Below, one piece after another: positions 19,220-32,864 of a stretch of 64,000 bases of DNA. Numbering within the stretch: position 1 is the stretch's first letter; each line of letters opens with the position of its first letter. Source of the DNA: the human T2T-CHM13v2.0 reference genome, Homo sapiens; the NCBI RefSeq assembly GCF_009914755.1, contig NC_060947.1. One strand, 5' to 3'. The position numbers were made by a program, and so were the translations under genes. The notes under the pieces were generated by a model. The model was not told where the DNA came from, searched no databases, and saw only the letters and a program-made list of their open reading frames with translations.

Positions 19220-19329
19220 GAAACTGCAGGTGTTCCTCTTGCATTAATAGCTTCATAGTCAAATGGTCAATAAAATGCAGCAACACAGAAGCACAATGAG
19301 AATGTGACTGATGGGGAAGTTTTTTATAA

Positions 19330-19500
19330 CATAAACAACACTGGGCTAAAAGTCAGAGACCACCTGGGTCCCTGTCCTGACTCTGCCACTGACTATTCTG
19401 TGACTGTGGCCAGTTTACTTTATCTCTCTGGGTATCAGATATTAGATATTTATGAAATGAGTAGATAAGACTCGAAGTTCCTTCCCAGGTCTAAAAGTCT
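19330..19500 (+). mobile_element. MIR
   Basis: ctgggtccctgtcctgactctgccactgac...tgtgactgtggccagtttacttatctctctggg. Confidence 0.7.
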
Positions 19501-20519
19501 ACAGGTGAACATTATATAAAAATTAATGCTTCCGTGTTAGAATTCATGCCAAAATTAGAGTATATATTATCCAGGTTGTCATGTGATTAATTGCTGCTCT
19601 TGTCTGAATTGTTTCTTCTACATTCAGTTTATGTCCCTGATACAGGAATCATGAATTACATTTAGGCCAAAACTTAGGCCATGGCTGCTCAAAGTAGTAC
19701 ATGCTTTGGAAAATATCTGTGATGATTGCTTGATCTAGAAAATGACAAATCTGACTACTGATTTGGCCTCACCGCTGTGATGTTGAGATTAGTAAGGTAA
19801 TAAAACATTAACATTGGCACTGCTTTCAGCTTGTTAAATAAGAGATGGCATAAGTCCAGAGTAAATGCACATATCAGGATCAGTTTTCTATTTCCTTCCA
19901 AACATTTCCAGTGCTCTGCAAATATGAAGTAACATGATGGGGTCTGCTAGTTACTTTGAAAACCTTTTTCAAGAAGTCTGGCATTTATATGTCTGACCAT
20001 AAAAGGATAGTTTAAAAAGACATTCTCAGAAACCTAGCTCAGTAGTAGCCACTGAGATTATTCCTATGTTTAGTAGCAAAGTGGTTCCCACATGGTTATT
20101 GTGAGGGATTCCAGAGATACTCTTAGCCCCTAACCCTGCTCTACAGCCTGCCCTTACAATTTTGCAAGGTCACTGACATTCTCACCTTGGAGTCACCTCT
20201 CTGGACAGAGGAGGCAAGACATAGGGAGTTTGAATGATGGGAAGAAGAAGAAAAACGTATGCAGGGCTTTAGTAAGAACAAGCCCAAGAAAGGGACAGGC
20301 AGAGGGTACTTAAGGAGAAAAGAGATACTGATGGCTTTTTTATTAAACAATTACACCAGAGCTAAAGTCGAAGTGGGGTAGAGGGGTGGGCAGAAGATAA
20401 AACATACTTTCTCTCCTTCAGGTGAAGCAAAATGACAATTCAAATATGACTTCTAAAGTAACCGTTGTCATTTCATTAGGCCCTGGGCACAGCACTTCAT
20501 TATTTAGCCTTCAGCTTTC

Positions 20520-21150
20520 TCACTGGAACTCAAGCACTTTTCACCATCTCTACTGCTACAAACCTAATCCAAGTCATGATCATCCCTCATCTGGATCTTT
20601 CATCAGTTTACTGACTGGTTTCTTTGTTTCCATTTTTGTCTCTTATATCCATTGCACAGCAGCTACAGTGATCATTTCAAAGCATAAATTAGATATTGTG
20701 AGTACCCTGCTTAAAACTTTCAAAATGCTTTCCATTAGTAGTGGAATAATACCCTACAGCTTTTTCATGATCCCTTGCCTATTTCTGTGACCTTACATCT
20801 TATCACTCTTTCTCTCCCTTTCTGGCTCACCTACACTGACCTTCATTCTATCCCTTGAACCCCTTGAGATTATTCTTATCTCAGAACATTTGCATGCACT
20901 CTTTTGCTTGGAACTTATCTCAATATGAAACTGCCTTTTTAAAAACACGTTTGTTTTCCACCTTCCTTCGCTAAGTGATACAGTCCATGAGGGAAGAGAC
21001 CTTGTCAATCTTCATCACCATTTTATCCTCAGTGCTTTGGCCATAGTTGGCATGTATAATAATTGTACTAATTGTATAATAATTGTACTCATTGTATAAT
21101 AATTGTAATAATTGGCAAACAAAAGTTTGTCAAAAGAATGAATGAATGGC
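20520..21150 (+). mobile_element. L2 3' portion
   Basis: cacagcagctacagtgatcatttcaaagcataaattagat...cctgcttaaaac...; ends gaatgaatgaatg. Confidence 0.7.
21053..21113. repeat. 20-bp tandem repeat, ~3 copies
   Basis: tgtataataattgtact(a/c)at repeated with period 20. Confidence 0.85.
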
Positions 21151-23657
21151 AAAGAAAGCCAACAAGTGATGAAAAGACATGTAAATGAACATCCTAGAAG
21201 GCCCAGCTGAAATTAGCTATCATGGCTATAAGGAATCAAATAATCATAATTTTATAGTTTTCCTTAGAAACACTTAGCACCTGGTAAGCAAACGGATTTG
21301 TTAGAAGAAGTTATGCAGGGCTTGCAATGGCAAAGCAAAAAATTTGACAGAGTTTTCAAGGGGCTAAAGAATCCCAGGGTATTAGTGAGCATATAATCAA
21401 AATGGCCGCCCATAGAGCCCAGTGAGTATGGAGGCAAACCATAGTGGGAGGCAATGGGCTAGAAAATTGGAACTAATTAAGAGTTTGGAGGTGATGATGG
21501 GACCAAAAATAGAACATTCAGTGGAAGGTAAGGGGTAGGGAGCCAATGGTTAAAGAGGAGGATCAGAATTTAGTATCATGGATCAAGGTACATTATGGTT
21601 GAGATGAAGGGAATATGGAGTTGGGGAAATGAGTTCAGGAACAAAATGGAAAGAATCTTTAATTACTTAGCATTGTCTTCCTTCACTAAAGTCTTCCCTG
21701 ACAACTTTATGAAACTAATGGGCCTTTCAGCTTTACAGTGGATTTCCTATACCTTCTCCTAGTCTACCGCATCATACAGGGCCTATCTGGAAAAGTCCCT
21801 GATAGCATCTGATAGCTGATTTTGGAGAACCCAGGCCAGAATTAAGAAGAGAGGATCTCTCTAGCTTTTTTTTTTTTTTTAAATCTGGCTTTTCTCCAGC
21901 TCTTGGGCCCTATGCTTGGTTCTAAATCTGTCTTTTTCTACATGAAAAAGGAACCAACCTTTATCACAAGGCCTAACTGGGCTGATAACTAATCTAATTA
22001 ACAGTAAAATGAGAGTGGCAGAGAACGGCTTAAAGCCTCACTAATCCTGGGTTGCATGAACGTTTTGACAGTGCCCTTTCTGTCTTAAATCAATGAATAG
22101 TAAATAACATGAAATTTAGGGCTATTGTCAGTGTCCAGTTTTGCTAGGTTGAAGGTCATCTCCAGTAGGCAACATCTCCAGGCTCCTCTGTTGTGCTATT
22201 GAATATTCATGTGGAATTAGGATCTGTTGGCAGCACTGCCATCTATTTAGATTAAACCTGGATTATAGGCCCTCTGAATATACAGGATCAGGAAGGGCAA
22301 TAAAATCTCAGGGAAAAGAAAGTAACTCCAATCCCCACATATCTATTTGGCTATTGACATGTCCTCCAAGGAGAAAGTATCCCTCCCTGGAGCATGAGGC
22401 CTTTCGGAACAGATTTCCCAGTGCAATCATTTTTAGATCCATTAGCACTAACATGCTTGGTGGCTGCTAGGATGCTATATGTAAATCAAGAAATTAAATA
22501 TCACATAATGGTAGTTGCAGAAAGGCAGGTGGTGGGCTGTTTTGCAGCCTATGCATACTGGGCCGTTACTTATTAGCATCATGATTAGGAACATTCCCAA
22601 CAGTTCCTGTCTATTTTCCTTCTGAAAGCTGGGATGCTATTGCATTTCAATTGGTAAAGAGTGTTTATAATTCATATTTTTTGAGTAGTATTGAATTTGT
22701 GAAAGTTGAGCCTCATAATTGCTACTGAGGAATCTATTAATGAGTAGGAAGGAGGTTGGGGTATGCTTGTGTATTTTTTCCCTGACGATTAAATGGTAAC
22801 TTCAATTTGGGAATGAAATCACCCTCCATTGATTTCCAGTGTATTCTGCCATCGCCCAGATAGCACTTTCAAAGAGTTCTGAAAATGAGATTTGTAGCTG
22901 AAGTAATTGCTGCTGCAAAAGCGTGCAATAGAAGGCAAGCTTTATAACTGCCACTTTCTTCATGTTGTAACTTAACTACCTCCTTTCCAAATCAAAGCTG
23001 AGTGGATAGAAGATGAATTTCTGTTTGATTTTTTGACCTTGCCTCTTATCTCCTACAGGGAAGAGACACTCCAGACTCTTTGATCCCTATCTCACTTTAT
23101 GATATTAATTACCCAACTGGAAAAAAGTCAAAAATAAATTTTTGAGCAAATTGCTTGGTATTAATGATCACAGCTTGATTACTATGAGATTTGGGGACCT
23201 TTCCTTAAAAACTAGCAAATGTCAACCAGTCCTTTTGCAATGATGTTTCAGTGGTGTTGCCCAAGAAAAGATAAGTAGCTCCATCCCAGATGGGACTCAA
23301 GACTTCCAAGAGCAGTGCATTGGTGGGGATGGCAGCTGGAGGAAGAATAAAAATGATCTCCATAAATTGACCATGCCTACATCCAGAGTCTAAATGCTAG
23401 TCATTGACAATGGCCACCCTCAACCTGAGGCAGTGCTTGAAAAGTAGGCTCTCCACCAACCACCAGCCCTTGTGTCTGAATGCCTAGTGAGGACTCATTA
23501 GGATAATATTATGCACCTGGTACAGGTTCCTATCTGCCACCAACATTATAGTTAAAACCCTGGGGTAGACTGGTACAATGGTGGGTCTATATCCTACCTC
23601 CTTCATTCACTCACTTATATTATAAATAATTAACTCATTTATATTATAAATAATTAA

Positions 23658-23989
<332 letters not shown>

Positions 23990-24036
23990 TCACCCCAGTT
24001 AAAGATTTTTTTTCTTTTTTTTGGAGAGAGAGCATA

Positions 24037-24415
24037 TGTTATAATTTGAATGTGTCCCCAAAAGTTTATATGTTGTAAACTTGACTTCCAATGCAGCAGT
24101 GTTGGGAGGCTGGGCCTCATAAATGGAGATTAGGTCATGAAGGTTCTGCCCTCATAAATCAACTAATGTCCTTATTACAGGAGTGGATTAGTTATCAAAA
24201 GTGTGGCTTTGTTATAAAAGCAAGTTTGGCTCTCTCACATTCTCTTGCCCTTCTGCCTTTTGCCTTGGGATAATGAGCATGAAGGCCCTCACCAGCTGCA
24301 GCCCCTTGACCTCGGACTTCCTAGTCTCCAAACCATGAGCCAAATAAACTTCTGTTGTTTATAAATTACTCAGTCTGTAGGATTCTGTTACAGCAACACA
24401 AAATGAACCAAGACA
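24037..24415 (+). mobile_element. MaLR solo LTR (MSTD/MSTC-like)
   Basis: TG...CA ends; MST body (ttaggtcatgaaggttctgccctcat; gccaaataaacttctg...ataaattac). 5-bp TSD gcata / gcaca. Confidence 0.85.
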
Positions 24416-25657
24416 GCACATATTAATTATTTCTTCAACTTCCCACAGTCCCAGTAGATTTTTGCACCTAGCAAGTACTTAATTAATATTTGTTTAAATA
24501 AAAATGTTTTGTCACTATAGTAAATAAGAATCAGGTAAAAGCACTGTAAATGCCTTTGCTGTAATTTGAACATGTTTGGAGGAGTTGGGAGTTCCTGTAA
24601 TCCAAAATTCAAATTTTGTCAGTTTTCAAATCATTGCCATTTTTTATAAGGAGGAAGAAGAAGACAACATGTTTTTAAAAATAAATGTAAATGCTCATGG
24701 ATGATGGCTAAAGATCTTCTCTCATCTTTCCAGATACAGATTTCCTTTCCACCTAGACCCTTTGCTTGCTGTAACTTAAAATTCTAGCATGCTCTCTTTC
24801 CTGTCAGAATTAACTGAGTTGGATTCCCTACAAAATCTAGTACCTTAGTATTACTTAACAGGAAACTTCTCCTAAGGAACTTGTATAGCCAGAGCAAGGA
24901 GCCATAAGAAATGGAACAGAAATGTCAGCTTTGAATTTTTGTGTCATAGTAAGCTATCTACCACAAATCTTGCCAGAGGAAGGAGGAAAGACCAGCCTCT
25001 CTCTTTCATTTGTTTTCTTCCATTATTTGTATGAGCCACTAAGAATGACTAAATACTCCCAGTATCTGAAAGTCATTGGAGATTACTATTGATTGTCAAG
25101 TATTTAGGAATGATTCCATTCACCTTTATATAAGAATGGGACAGCAGCCTGACTGGAGAATTTTCTTCCTTATAAGTGATCCAGAAGGTATCCTTATTAT
25201 CTTCTATTTTATTAAACTTCATTCTTATTTCTTCCCCCTAGCAATCCCTGACCATTCACCTAATTTGCTTGGCAAACTTTAAGTGAAGAAAATAGTTTTA
25301 TAAGCAGATAACTACAAGCCCCACCAGGCTGAGTCAGGAATACAGAGGTCATCAGAGGTCATAAGAAGGAATTCACGTTGTAAGAAATCATGGGATAAAC
25401 TTAACCTTGAATCAGAAAGAGCATATCAGCATATCTTGGGGACTTTGACGGCTCTGTTTTGTTGTTGTTGTTGTTGTTGTTATGTTTTGTTTTGTTTTGG
25501 GAAATGCGAATGGTATCTGGATGTGGGCACAGGCATCCTAGTGAACCAAATTTGTAAATTTGTAAGTAAGGGAGTCAGGTGGCAACAGATCAATCATGAT
25601 CTGGGACATAGGTGAGAGCTGAGATTTTAGAAAAGTGTAATTGTTAATTTTTATTTT

Positions 25658-25870
25658 CAGCAGTTTTCAAAGTGTGGTCCATGGACAACTGGTGGTACCT
25701 GAGATCCTTTTATGGAGTCTCCAAAATCAAGACTATCTTCATAGTAATACTAAGACAGTCCTTGTCTTTTTCTCTGGGCTGCCATTTTTTACTTATTGTG
25801 CAAAACCAATGGTGGCAAAACTACTGGCCCTTTAGCATGAATTATGGGAGTGGCACAAAACTATATTTGT
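25658..25870 (+). mobile_element. hAT-Charlie (Charlie1-like) DNA transposon end
   Basis: cagcagttttcaaagtgtggtcc...ggtacctgagatcctttt...ttcatagtaatactaagac...aatggtggcaaaactactgg. Confidence 0.6.
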
Positions 25871-26219
25871 ACTATATCGAGTATGAGTTGTCTATAATGC
25901 TAATAATAAGTAATACCTATACGAGTTCATCAATACACTTTTCTTTTCAAAATATACATTTATCTTCAAACTATGTATGCCCATAAAAAATGTTTCTGAG
26001 TTTGTCAAGAATGTTTCATTTTCATGCATCTTTCATGTCACAACAGTAATCTCAGATACAATCTTCTCTGTATTGACGTGTATATCAAAGAACAATTAAT
26101 AGTCACAATGATGATAACAGAATTATTCCTCATAATTAAGCTATTAACATGTATACATCCTATGGATAATGACAAAAAAGTCCAACCAAGGAACAACCAT
26201 TTTAAATTCCTTAAGTAGA

Positions 26220-26430
26220 GGCAGAAGAGCTTAGTAGTTGGGTTCTACTACCAGCAGGTCTGAGTTTGATTTCCAGCTTTGCCACCTCCTACCAGAGTTA
26301 CTTTGTGATTTAGTTTCCCCACTTTTCTTAAAGGGTTATGATGATTAAATAATACAATAGTTAATATGTGCAAAATGCTTCAAACAGTGCCTGGCACATA
26401 GCAAATGCCATAAGCATTAATTATGATTAT
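26220..26430 (+). mobile_element. MIR
   Basis: ctgagtttgatttccagctttgccac...aacagtgcctggcacatagcaaatgc. Confidence 0.75.
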
Positions 26431-26889
26431 GATTGGTCAATTGTTTGAAACTGAGATCACTTGTGAGGACCGGACAGACATAGCATTGTTAGAGATATTT
26501 GATGTGAGTTTGTGAAGGCCAAGCACATGTCTTGTACTTCAGCATATATCAGTAAAATCTAATTAGCTTATGTCTCTGAGCTAAGAAAGTGTTACTTTCT
26601 GTTGGTCTGTCACATTTCTACTGAGGTTTTTACAGTGTACAACTGAGCCTTTGTCATTGTATTGGGGGGTGAGGGAGAAGGAGAAAGTTCAGCATTCAAT
26701 AATATACGAAATTTTCCTCTGCCACCAGATTTAAGTTTCCAAGTTAAGTCCCTGAAACCTACTTCTATAATATACTATTTTCTAAATCTTGTTTAGAAAC
26801 ATCCCCCTTTCTCAACAATTTTTTTATTTCTAGAATTGTCACAAAATCACTAAAAAAATTAATCTCAATGGACTCCTTAAAAGGAAAAT

Positions 26890-27030
26890 TGAAGGAGGGC
26901 TTCCGGGGTGTTGTCAATGTTCTATGTTTGACTTGGGTAATGGTTACCTGGGTGTTTGATAATTTATTGAGTTGTACATTCATGTTTTGTGCCTTTCTCT
27001 GTGTGAGTTCTACTTCACAATAAAAAGAGA
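26890..27030 (+). mobile_element. Old L1M 3'-terminal fragment
   Basis: gagggcttccgggg...aatgttctatgtttgacttggg...gttgtacattc...tacttcacaataaaa. Confidence 0.6.
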
Positions 27031-28231
27031 TTTAAATGGAAATGGAAAGAAACAAATAGAAGGGAAACATCATGTATGTTACTTTAGGAGGAGATTGAAT
27101 CTGGTTATAATTTTTTTAATTTTTAAATTATGAATTATGTTAGGACATCCATTTCAAAAATACTGGGAATCATTGCTTCACCCTCTGACAAGGTTCTAAA
27201 TCTATCACACAAATGGCTCTACTTCAATGAAGAGTGATTTGTATCCATTGTTTTGAAACTCCATCAAATTGGGCAGCTCTTTCCAGAAGACAGTCTCAAG
27301 ACAAGGCATAGAGAGGAGTACCACATTAACTCAAACTGTCTCAGCAGCAGCTTAGGCTGGCAGGCTTTTTCCTCCCAGTATTGCCCATGGTCACTGAAAA
27401 AGGTGACTCTGGTCAGAGCCAGATACCTAAGATTAACACCATCTGGTTGGGGAGATTGTTGGTTTTGGATTTCCATGGCTTGCTTAAGCCCCCCTGAAAT
27501 GCTGACTTTGAAGTCCAATATGATGATATGTAAATAGCAAATGAAAGCTGGCATTTGCCTAGTATACTTCCATGTAAATCCATTAAGAAATTCATTTAAT
27601 ACTTCAATAATTTTACCATCCTCTTTGATCATCTTTTGCATTTCATCCTGTAATGTTCTAACTTCTGCCTTGACTGATCTCTGGCCTTTTTACAGTTCTG
27701 AGAAACTGTATATTTAGATGATGTGAGCTGTTTTGGAGGTAGCTACTTTTTTTTTCAATATGTTTTCTTCCTTATCTTTTACTCATTTGCCTTGATGTCC
27801 TTCACGTCTATTTTTGAGAAAAAAATTTTAGGCAGATTTATTCTGTGAGTCTTGTGCTTTCATGATTGTACATTTACTTATCATATCTTATGTCCTGACC
27901 CTCTTCCACATGCAACTTTCACTTGCAATCAGTTTTCAGTCATGTATTTTAAAAAATATTTTGAGCAGTAACCATGCTACATAAACTAGAAACTATATAT
28001 AGACTGGACCAGATAAGCGGAATGACAAAACAAACAGATGACATCAGCAGGAATTGCAAAATAAATAACTTTAAACATCTTTTCTTCCACAAAAGTAATG
28101 AGAGCATTGGCAAAAATTGTAAGAATAGACTTTCTTTCAGAAGTCTGTAAATTAATAATGACAGTAACCATCTGCTGAGCATTTACTTAAGAAAAATAGT
28201 TAAATATTGGTAACAGCAGCAAGCTTTGTGA

Positions 28232-29410
28232 CTTTTTTTTAGAATTTCCACAGGTTTTTGGGGAACAGGTGGTGTTTGGTTACATGAGTAAGTTCTTTAG
28301 TGGTGATTTGTGAGATTTTGGCGCACCCATCACCCAAGCAGAATACGTTGCACCTTATTTGTAGTCTTTTATCCCTCAACGCTTTCCCACCCTTTCCCCG
28401 AGTCCCCAAAGTACATTGTGTCATTCTTATGCCTTTGCATCTTCATAGCTTAGCTCCCCATTATGAGTGAGAACATACAATGTTTGGTTTTCCATTCCTG
28501 AGTTATTTCACCTAAAGTAATAGTCTCTAATCTCATCCAGGTCGCTGCAAATGCCATTAATTCATTCCTTTTTATGGCTGAATGGTGTTCTATCATATAT
28601 ATATAATACATATTCACATATGCTATATATATTCATATATAATACATATTCACATATGCTATATATATTCATATATAATACATATTCACATATGTTATAT
28701 ATATTCATATATAATACATATTCACATATGTTATATATATTCATATATAATACATATTCACATATGTTATATATATTCATATATAATACATATTCACATA
28801 TGTTATATATATTCATATATAATACATATTCACATATGTTATATATATTCATATATAATACATATTCACATATGTTATATATATTCATATATATAATACA
28901 TATTCACATATGTTATATATATTCATATATATAATACATATTCACATATGTTATATATATTCATATATATAATACATATTCACATATGTTATATATATTC
29001 ATATATATAATACATATTCACATATGTTATATATATTCATATATATAATACATATTCACATATGTTATATATATTCATATATATAATACATATTCACATA
29101 TGTTATATATATTCATATATATAATACATATTCACATGTTATATATATTCATATATAATACATATTCACATATGTTATATATATTCATATATATAATATA
29201 TATTCACATGTTATATATATTCATATATATAATATATATTCATATATATATATCACAGTTTCTTTATCCACTTGTTGTGGATATATATATATATCACAGT
29301 TTCTTTATCCACTTATTGATTGATGGGCATTTGGGTGGTTCCACATTTTTGCAATTGCAAATTGTGCTGCTATAAATATGCGCGTGCAAGCATCTTTTTC
29401 GTATAATGAC
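28232..29410 (-). mobile_element. 5'-truncated L1PB1-like insertion containing a VNTR
   Basis: ggtttttggggaacaggtggtgtttggttacatgagtaagttctttagtggtgatttgtgagattttgg. Degenerate TSD tgtgactttt / tgtggcatttt. Confidence 0.85.
28595..29253. repeat. AT-rich minisatellite, 36/38-bp unit, ~17.5 copies
   Basis: Unit aatacatattcacatatgttatatatattcatatat(at); 18 unit starts counted from 28605 to 29231. Confidence 0.97.
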
Positions 29411-31984
29411 TGTGGCATTTTAAGTTGACTTATTTCCATCCTCTTTTCCCAGCTTCACAGCACCCTTGAAACCCAATTGTATGCAATCATAATGAGAACC
29501 AGCAGCCTAACAGTCACTAGAGGGGACAGAATGGGGCTGGACCTCCTTCAAAGCCCCATTCCCAGGGAAAAATCATTATTTGACCAGTTCAGTGATTTCC
29601 TGGAATATCTCACTTGCAACTCTTATCTTTAGTTGACCCGACTTAGTGATCACTCAGTAAATGCCTTTTCATGAAGGAGATTTGTTAAAAACTTTATTAG
29701 CATTGTTTAACACTGAAGCTTCCTGGTGCAGTGGTTAACAGTTGGGTGAATGGTAGCCTAGCCAAAAAGTTTAAAAGTAAAAGCTAGGGAATTAGATATC
29801 CATGGAGACTTTGAAAAGCTCCTACATAGTTCCAGAAATCTATGAGGCCATGATCATGTGTAAGCCTGTGTACATGCTCCAGATTGCACACGTGCTCAGG
29901 AAAGGCCTGAGAAGGTCCTAAGTCATCATCTCTTGCTGACCATGAGGCTCTACATAAGCAAAAAGTGGACACTAGTCAGAGTTATAAACTGCCTGGCTGT
30001 TTATATATTAAAGATGCACCCCAGCAAGCATACAAGGCCACTCAGCAAAGACTGGGAGTCTTATTGGTTCCAGGCATATAAGGAAATCTGTGTCTAATCA
30101 TTAGCTGACCAGTAAGCTAACTGAGCAGAGACTTCAGCAGCCACTCAGAACAAAGAAAACAGACTTTTAGCTCAGAAAAGTAACTAAATAAGCAACAATC
30201 ATCAACAATAATAAACCTTGGGATGAGGGGAAATCTAATTCCCAGAGTTTCCATGTTGTATTATTGAGAGTCCAGAAATAAACTCCTACATTTATGGTCA
30301 ATTTGTTTTTGACAAGAAGGGCAGGATAATTCAATGAAGAAAATAATAGTTCCTTCAACAAATGGTGCTGGTACAACTGAATATACACATGCAAAAAAAA
30401 AAATTGAATTTGAAATCTTATTTCACACCATAAGAAAACAGTAACTCAAAATGCATGAGAGGCCTAAATGTAAGAGCTAAAACTATAAAACCCTTTGAAA
30501 AAAAATAAAGGAGTAAATCTTCCTGAATTCGCATTAGTAAAAGTCTTCTTAGATATGACACCAGAAGCACAAATGACCAGAGGGCGAATAAATGAACTTC
30601 ATAAAAATTAAGTCATTCGTGTTTCAAAGCATGTCATTAAGAACATAAAAAGATAACTCACAGAATTGCACAAAATATTTGCAAATCATGTGTCTGACAA
30701 GGGATTTGTACCTAGAATCTATAAAGAATGCTTAAAACTCAATAAAAAGACCAAAAAAATAAAATGGGCAGATAATCTGAATAGACATTTCTTGTAAGAA
30801 GAAATGGAAGTGACCAATACACACATGAAAAGATGTTCAACATCATTAGCCATTAGAGAAATGCAAAACAAAATCACAATAACATACCATTATTAAAAAG
30901 GACAGATAATAACAAGTGTTGGTGTGAAGACATTGGAAATTTCATACACTGTTATTGGGAATGAAAAATTAGGAACTGCTTTGAAAAATGTATCCAAGTT
31001 CCTCAGAAATTAAACATGCATTTACCATATGACCCAGCAATTCCACTCCTAGGTATACACCGAAGAGAATTAAAAGCATATATCTACACAAAAACTTGTA
31101 TGTGAATGTTCATAGCAGCATTATTCATAACAGCTAAAAAGTGAAAACAACCCAAATGTTTATCAGCTGATTAATGGATAGCCAAATTGTGGTATATATA
31201 TACAATGGAATATTAATCAGCAATTAAAAGGAATTAAAAGAAATGAAGTACTGTTACATGCTACCACAAGGATGCACTTCAAGAACATTATTCTAAGTTA
31301 AAGAAGCCAACCACAAAGGACCACATAATTTATAATTCCATTTATGTGAAATGTTCAGAATAGCAAATGTATGCCGACAGAAAATAGATTAGTGGTTGCC
31401 AAAGGCTAGGGAGAAGAGTGGAATAAAATGAAGAGTAACTGTTAATTTGTATGGAGTATCTTTTTTAGTTGATGAAAGTGTTCTTAAACTAGATTATGAT
31501 GTTATGATGTAGTTGCACAGCTCTGTGAATTACTAAAAGCTATTGAATTTACATTTTAAATAGCTAGATTTATGGAATGTGAATTATAATATATCTCAAC
31601 GTAGCTGTTTAACAGGTATACTGGATACACAGCCTACAATTTACTAAAAGAAAAATCAACAAAACACAAAAGTAAGACCACATAGGTTTTAAGTAACAAA
31701 GCTAGTATTCAAAGCCATATATGTCTGGTTCCAATGTTTATGTTAATAACCAATGTGATATAACACCAAAGACAAGTAGAGCTATAGGATTGACTTAATT
31801 GTTTGATACAGGTGGGATTATGATTTAAAAGTATCTGGAGAAACTTTTTCATGCAGGTGCAAGAAGACTAAAATTCTGTTATTAACATGGCATGAATTTG
31901 GGTTAAGCATAGCTCTCTCCATAGAGGATTTCTTATAATAGCTTAGTAAATTCTAACTTCTTAGCATAAAAATCCCCAAACTAG

Positions 31985-32135
31985 TGGTAGCAAGACCTGG
32001 TTCTTGTCCCATTTCCACCATTAAATTACTGTACTCTGTTGGCTAAAACATGTCACCTCTGTCTCCAGTTTCTTCACCTCTAAATGAAAGTTGAACTTGA
32101 TAACCTCTGATGTCACAAGTCCTTCCAGCTCTTAC
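31985..32135 (+). mobile_element. MIR
   Basis: agacctggttcttgtccc...tcacctctgtctccagtttcttcacctctaaatg. Confidence 0.6.
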
Positions 32136-32139
32136 TCTT

Positions 32140-32830
32140 TATTAATTCATGTTATTCAACAAATATTTAATGACCACAATATAAGTGCCAGACATTGTGT
32201 TACATTCTGGGGATAGTGTGATAGGACAAAGACCCTGCCTTCATAAAGGTTACATTCTAGTAACAGGAGACAGATAATGCTATGCTGTGAAGGAGGTAAA
32301 ATGCAGTAATTGGTGGGGAGTGACTGGGGGCTACTCTACGCTGAGGGTGGGGTATCAGAAAAAACTTCTCTAAAAAGATAACATTTGGCTGACATCAAAA
32401 TGGTAAGGAAGAACCAGCCATTTTAAAATTTTGGAGGAAGAACAAAGGTTGTTCCTGGCAGAGAAAAAGGCAACCATAAAAAACAGCAACCATAAAGATA
32501 ACCTCTTCCAGAGGTAAGAAGAAACTTGGAGAATTACAGAGAACCAAATAAAAAAAAAGATGGCCAATGTGAATGGATGTGGTGAGCAAAGGGAAGAGTG
32601 GGACTAGAGGAGAACAGAGAGCTGGTTATAAGTCAGATCATGCAGTCATTTATGCCACAGGTACATAGGTTTATTATGTAAGTTACAATGGGAAACCATT
32701 AAGATGTTATAAGAAGGGGTATAAGATCAGTTTTGTATTTTTAAAATGCATTACTCAAGCTGCCATGTGAAAAATAGATTGTCAGTAGGAAAGAGTGGGA
32801 GAGGAACACCCAATATGGAGACTATTGCCT
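32140..32830 (-). mobile_element. L2 (3' end at left)
   Basis: attcaacaaatatttaatgacc...gtgccagacattg...ccctgccttcat...ttacattctag. Confidence 0.75.
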
Positions 32831-32864
32831 TTAATATACTAACTTTAGGATATTATTTGCCAAT

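Larger units (their letters stand above)
28030..31612 (+). mobile_element. L1MB-type element: L1M4-like 5'UTR joined directly to the ORF2 end and 3'UTR; interrupted by L1PB
   Basis: 5'UTR-like sequence at 28030-28231 and 29411-30260. ORF2 3' sequence from ~30263 (attgagagtccagaaataaac) to an L1MB-type 3'UTR. Confidence 0.7.

Noticed and set aside
28551-28934. Repetitive ORFs (YNTYSHMLYIFI)n, or a CRISPR-like array with 36-bp period
   Set aside because: Head-to-tail minisatellite with no unique spacers; the ORFs result from a unit length divisible by 3
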